Below, one piece after another: positions 10,801 to 14,769 of a DNA stretch of 14,769 nt. Position 1 is the first letter of the stretch, and every line of letters begins with the position of its first letter. The position numbers were made by a program, and so were the translations under genes. Below the pieces are notes generated by a model, which was not told where the DNA came from, did not search any database, and saw only the letters and a program-made list of their open reading frames with translations. The DNA comes from an uncultured delta proteobacterium (lineage in GTDB: Bacteria; Desulfobacterota; Desulfobacteria; Desulfobacterales; UBA2156), in assembly GCA_963736855.1 (NCBI GenBank), contig CAVTQK010000007.1, positions 1-14,769 of the forward strand, in the 5' to 3' direction.

Positions 10801-11598
10801 AGTGCGTCACGGCGGATGTCCGTGCAAACGAGCTCTGCGCCCGAGAGGGTCAGGGGCTCGTCGCCCAGGGAAGGACCGCCCACGGCAAAATCAACTGTGT
10901 CTGCCCGGAGGGCTTAACCTGGAATGCATCTCAAAGGGCCTGTGAGAAGCTGATTCCGCCAGAAGAGCTTTGCTCTCGCAATTATCCCGGCAGTGTGCCC
11001 ACCGGAAGAGATGCCAACGGCAATGTAAACTGTGGTTGTCCCCAGGGATATGTATGGAATGCCACTCGAACCGGATGTGAGAAACAAGTCCCACCCGAAG
11101 AGCTCTGCACTCGGAATTTTCCCGGCAGCTTGCCCGACGGAAAGATGCCGCCGGCAATGTCTGTGTGTTTGCCCACAGGGATATGTCTGGTCGGCGGACA
11201 AAATGCACTGCGTGGCCGGAACCACTATTCAGACCACAGAGGGACCCTGTGACCTTGTGGGGGTATGGCAATCCAGAGATGGTGACTTTCCGACCGTGCA
11301 ATTCACCAGGAGCGGAAATGAATATTCAGGGGTTGCGGTTAAAGTGAGCTCCTTATGGCAAGGATGGGGTTATCGCCAGGGGGAGGTCATCTACAAGGTC
11401 CGAAAGACAGGTCAGGGTCAGTATGAAGGTTCCTATCTGAATCGTAACCAAACCAGACGAGAGGGTAGGTGGAATCGCGTTCATATCGTTGAGGATAATT
11501 CAGATCCGATGATCCTCAAATGTCACCAAATGCTCTTTAACTTATATTCGGAGGGGCTTTCCTCCCCGAGCAAGCGGCGGTTTAACCGGTTGCGTTGA
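7822..11598 (+). CDS. Large exported mosaic protein (~1,250 aa) with unknown beta-rich N-terminal region, 4 PASTA-like domains, 4 Cys-rich repeats and a C-terminal beta-rich domain; multiple indels after ~9500
   Basis: ATG 1 nt after the upstream TAG, with a signal-like GIFFMLLTIHLTVGIVTLCFA. PASTA-like starts are VKDLKGMRLAEAKAAV, LPDFTGKSLAEARKWL, VPDVVGLSAGNAERRI and VPDVSGLSYPDSRRKL, each followed by Q.P.(P/A)GT.V..G..V.L.V-type ends. Fragments join in register across domain interiors. Confidence 0.75.
9835..10660 (+). repeat. Four tandem PASTA-like domains (~65-70 aa each)
   Basis: Repeat starts near 9835, 10045, 10255 and 10463, about 210 bp apart, with the protein motifs given above. 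Confidence 0.8.
10701..11211 (+). repeat. Four tandem 4-Cys repeats, C-x18/19-C-x-C-xx-G-xx-W-x6-C
   Basis: CSRFPGS...LCGCFDGLQWNLANTQC; CAREGQG...NCVCPEGLTWNASQRAC; CSRNYPGS...NCGCPQGYVWNATRTGC; CTRNFPGS...CVCPQGYVWSADKMHC (the last crosses indels). Repeats 3 and 4 are also similar at DNA level. Confidence 0.85.
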
Positions 11599-11610
11599 GT
11601 GGACGGTGTC

Positions 11611-11630
11611 CGGGAGTCTACGGACTCTTG
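11611..11630 (+). other. Hairpin with C(UACG)G tetraloop just after the stop at 11598
   Basis: C-GGGAGTC-TACG-GACTCTT-G, with no clear U-tract after it. Confidence 0.4.
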
Positions 11631-11709
11631 CACGACTTTATAGCATTTTGATGAACCGGCTTCCGGATAAAATTGAAAAGCAAAAAATGATCAACGGGAG
11701 ACTGATCCT

Positions 11710-13222
11710 ATGGAAAATTGCGTAGTGAAAAACACATCCGGCGCTACTTAAGAGAATGGTGACCCTTTCGATTTTCGCGGCGGTTCTTAGCCTCTTTATG
11801 GCTGGGGACGCCTTTTCAGCCGTCACGCTGCGAGGAACAGTCGTTGCCGTGGACGGATTTCGTCTGACCATCGCCCTTGACCCGAGAGAGCCTGTTTTGC
11901 CGGCCGTCGGAGACAAGGTCGACATCATCAAGACGATCGGGGAGGGACAGTGTTGAACTGGACATCGGCGATTGGCAGGTGACGGCAGTCGAGGGAAGAA
12001 TAGTGAGAGCCGAACCCATCATGGCTGTAGGTATAAACCCTCCGCAGGTGAACATGAAGGCGGAGATCCATCTGTTTACAGGAACTGTGCCTGCGGGCGA
12101 GTCGCCTGCGCCTGCGCAAGGCAAGCTCCTAACCTATCATGATGCCTTTATGCATCGCAGACGGGATAATAAACCGTCACCGACGGCCAGGGGCAAGGTG
12201 ATCATGACCCGGGGTGAGATGGTTACGATCCGGATGGATGAAAAGGATCGTCGGGCAGGGATAGGGGATGCTGTTCAATTAAGTTATTCCGTCGACGGCG
12301 AGGTGATCCCCGTGGGCGCCTGGCGCGTCAGCGCCGTCAAAGAAGATGGCACCCTGGAGGCGTTGCCGTTCGAAATCAAGGGGAAACCCAATATCGGCAT
12401 GGATGCCGTCCTTTCTCTTTCCGATCGTCAGGCAGTCCTGAAGCGTTGAAAAAACAAAGACCATCAGCAGAGGGAAAGGGATCGATAGCCGATCAGAAAA
12501 TGACACAGACAGGCAATGAAGGAACATCCGTCAAGAAGGAAGCACAGCCGAAATCCCTAGAGGAGACACTGGCGTCTTATTCGAAGACCGCTGTTCCCAT
12601 CTCCATTGCCGGTTCCGGTAAATCCTTGCCCTGTGAGATTGGAACGATTCGGATTCACGATGGGAAAATTGAAATGACCGCCTCAGGCCAGGGTATGTTT
12701 ACAGGATATTGCATGTACAGACTATCCGATGTTGCTTTAGAGAGTTTTTACGCCACCGTAAAGGTATCGGTCAATACGGCTTCCAATAAAGATTTTTCTG
12801 CCGCCGTGATATACGGCGATCAATCAGGAGATACAAAAAAAACCGGTTATGTCCTTGCGGATATACGGCAGATGTCCAATAAATCGTGCAGCGGCTTGTT
12901 TGGCTTATTCGATTGCAGAACATACTTTACGGCCTTGGTGTCGGTATCCGGTATTTTCACAAAAGGCGAGGGTTATTCGGTTAAGAATGGGGTTCTGCCC
13001 GATTCGGGATCGAACCCAACACCCGGGGTCTTGGCATTTTTAAAGAATGGCGATCAATGCCGGGTCTTCTGGAATGGCGAAGAGATGGGAGGCTGGAAAG
13101 AACAGGCCATGGCCAATGGTTACCTCTGGCTTGCCTTTGTACCGATGGGGAAGGGGGAGGCAGCCGCCATTTTTGAGGATATAAGCATCTACCGTTTGCA
13201 TGAGCGGCAACCAAATAAATAA
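11710..13222 (+). CDS. Exported hypothetical protein (~500 aa if fused): two copies of an ~80-aa beta-domain plus a ConA-like/DUF1080-like C-terminal domain; indels near 11730, 11940 and ~12425-12446
   Basis: GGGAG (11696-11700) precedes ATG 11710. Removing one A from the A5 run 11728-11732 gives MENCVVKTHPALLKRMVTLSIFAAVLSLFMAGDAFSA; the alternative start is 11756. The tail LAFLKNGDQCRVFWNGEEMG...GYLWL...AIFEDISIY matches the beta-sandwich pattern. 12446-13222 could instead be a separate TTG-start gene. Confidence 0.6.
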
Positions 13223-13242
13223 ACAGGCAGGGGGATCTTCCG

Positions 13243-14007
13243 ATGACGTCCAATGAAAATCGACATCTGGTTTCGGCGGCAATCATTATCGGGGTTTGTC
13301 TTTTCTTTGGTTTTTCAGTGGGAGGGTATTTCATCGGCAAGGGGGTCGAGCGATTCAGGTCGGATACTCGCACCGTCACGGTGAAAGGCCTTGTGGAGAA
13401 GGAAGTCATGGCCGACCGGGCCATATGGGTGCTCCGTTTCCGGCGGGCCGGCGCAGACCTTCAGGATACCCACGCAAAAATAAGCACCGATCGAAATACG
13501 ACCGTTGCCTTTTTGAAAAACAAGGGCTTCAAGGATGAGGAAATCGCCCCTCAGCCGGTGCGTACGATCGACAAGCTGGCCCGTGATTATGGTCAGAACC
13601 AGGGGCAGGAGAAATTCCGCTATATCGTTACCAGTTCCCTGGTCGTCTCAACCGAAAGAGTGGATCTTGTGATCAAGGCCTTAGGGGCCACCGAAGAATT
13701 GCTGAAATCAGGCGTACTGCTCGACGGCGAGGTGGAAGGAGGCACGGCGAATCCCAGATACGTGGTTTCAAAATTCAATGATATCAGACCCCAATTGCTT
13801 GCCGAAGCGACCAAGAACGCCAGGGCGACGGCCCGGCAGTTTGCCTCCGATTCCGGCGCGGAGGTTGGCAGGATACGTTCGGCCAACCAGGGGGCCATCC
13901 AGATTTTTGGCTCCGATGGGAATGATGAATCCGCGCCTTACAGCCCGACCAGCACCCCGGGGAAAAAGATCAGGGTGGTGAGCACCTTTGAGTTTGAGCT
14001 AAAGTAG
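13243..14007 (+). CDS. SIMPL domain (DUF541) protein
   Basis: Intact ORF with an N-terminal TM helix and motifs RTVTVKGLVEKEVMADRAIW, LLAEATKNARATARQFASDSG, IRSANQG.IQI, KKIRVVSTFEF. Confidence 0.92.
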   Translation: MTSNENRHLVSAAIIIGVCLFFGFSVGGYFIGKGVERFRSDTRTVTVKGLVEKEVMADRAIWVLRFRRAGADLQDTHAKISTDRNTTVAFLKNKGFKDEEIAPQPVRTIDKLARDYGQNQGQEKFRYIVTSSLVVSTERVDLVIKALGATEELLKSGVLLDGEVEGGTANPRYVVSKFNDIRPQLLAEATKNARATARQFASDSGAEVGRIRSANQGAIQIFGSDGNDESAPYSPTSTPGKKIRVVSTFEFELK

Positions 14008-14037
14008 GCAGTTCCTGAAGCATCAGCCGGACATTGC

Positions 14038-14070
14038 CAAAAAACCGGCCCGCGAGTTCTTGCCGCGGGC
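14038..14070 (-). terminator. Candidate intrinsic terminator between the convergent SIMPL and toxin genes
   Basis: Stem GCCCGCG (14048-14054) / CGCGGGC (14064-14070). The A7 run at 14038-14044 gives a U-tract on the minus strand. Confidence 0.45.
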
Positions 14071-14191
14071 GCAGTATTCAGTTCACCGTTCCAGGCCAAT
14101 TGTGATGCCAAAACAGAACCCAGCGAATCAGAGAGGTCGTGTATGATGAATCAGAGCTGCTGTTTATTTAAAAGACGTAATGGAGAAGCCG

Positions 14192-14467
14192 TTACATCCT
14201 TGTGCCAATATCCATATAGACCGATTTCCGGTGCCTAATGCCAAGAATCCAGACCTCGGACTCGATCACTTTGAAGACGATCCGGTAATCACCCACGCGG
14301 AGCTTCCAGTAGCCTTTCAGTGTCTTTCTTAAAGGCTGCCCATATTCGTGTGGTGCGGTCTGCAATCGTTCTTCGATAGCCTTGCGGATTCTGTCTCTTG
14401 TTCTGCGATCGATAAGAGGCAAATCCTCAACGCGAACATCGGGATGATAGTGCAGTGTAAAAGACAT
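14192..14467 (-). CDS. Type II toxin, RelE/ParE family
   Basis: 91 aa, basic, with YGQPLRKTLKGYWKLRVGDYRIVF and ILGIRHRKSVY; starts 3 nt after the antitoxin stop. Confidence 0.92.
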   Translation of the reverse strand: MSFTLHYHPDVRVEDLPLIDRRTRDRIRKAIEERLQTAPHEYGQPLRKTLKGYWKLRVGDYRIVFKVIESEVWILGIRHRKSVYMDIGTRM

Positions 14468-14470
14468 GAA

Positions 14471-14698
14471 TCATTTCCACACATCTTCATTCGAAAGCGC
14501 CACTTTTCTGTCGAATGACTTCAGGCGTCTATCAGCAAAAGCTGCAAGGGCGACATCTTCACGCAAATCGATAGCTTCCCGGATAAGGTCACGGGCAATT
14601 GTGGACATGGAAATGCCCTCACTGGTTGCAAGGTCATGCATAACACTATACAGTGTCGGCTCAACAACAATGTTTACTCTCGGATTTTTTGTGGGCAT
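14471..14698 (-). CDS. Type II antitoxin, ribbon-helix-helix (CopG-like)
   Basis: 75 aa. PRVNIVV strand plus two helices (LYSVMHDLA, SMSTIARDLIREAI) and an EDVAL...LSNEDVW tail. AGGAG RBS at 14707-14711 on the minus strand. Confidence 0.88.
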   Translation of the reverse strand: MPTKNPRVNIVVEPTLYSVMHDLATSEGISMSTIARDLIREAIDLREDVALAAFADRRLKSFDRKVALSNEDVWK

Positions 14699-14720
14699 TG
14701 TTCTTTCTCCTTTTTGGATG

Positions 14721-14749
14721 AGTGTAACACTTATGACACACTATGTCAA
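14721..14749 (-). promoter_or_regulatory. Sigma70 promoter of the TA operon with overlapping operator palindromes
   Basis: Minus strand reads TTGACA (14749-14744), 17 bp, TACACT (14726-14721), with a TGn extension. Inverted repeats are AGTGT-A-ACACT (14721-14731) and TGACA-N5-TGTCA (14734-14748). Confidence 0.8.
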
Positions 14750-14769
14750 GCCGAAAACCCCATTGCAAA

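Noticed and set aside
4462..11598. Programmed frameshifting or phase variation
   Set aside because: Breaks are too numerous, and most are not at long tracts or slippery heptamers. Read error is the simpler explanation.
11230..13222. Polymorphic toxin C-terminus plus immunity gene
   Set aside because: No recognisable toxin catalytic motif in the C-terminal domain, and the next gene is a large multi-domain exported protein rather than a small immunity gene.
14125..14156. GAATCAGAG direct repeat (2 copies)
   Set aside because: Too short and not flanking any element, so it cannot be called a target-site duplication or operator.
14010..14195. Possible integron attC site beside the TA genes (GCCGG...CCGGC; TAAC at the toxin stop)
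   Set aside because: No paired R''/R' and L boxes could be built, there is no second copy, and no integrase is in the window.

Overview
Bacterial window; the short intergenic repeat types and gene content suggest a Desulfobacterota/deltaproteobacterium-like host, which is inference only. Many single-base indels split real genes into fragments in the ORF track. Rejoining frames by eye gives these + strand genes: a DUF2207 membrane protein, a P1/S58 (DmpA/NylC-like) peptidase, an intergenic scar with short repeats and a gene remnant, and then a co-oriented run of apparently exported proteins (3730-14007). That run comprises a small Cys-rich CPxG(Y/W) protein, a ~1,100-aa CSLREA-type/parallel beta-helix protein, a ~1,250-aa mosaic protein with four PASTA-like domains and four 4-Cys repeats, a ~500-aa protein with a duplicated beta-domain and a ConA/DUF1080-like tail, and a SIMPL (DUF541) protein. 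A convergent antitoxin/RelE-ParE toxin pair with a near-consensus promoter ends the window. The exported-protein cluster is the most unusual part; its function cannot be determined from the sequence.
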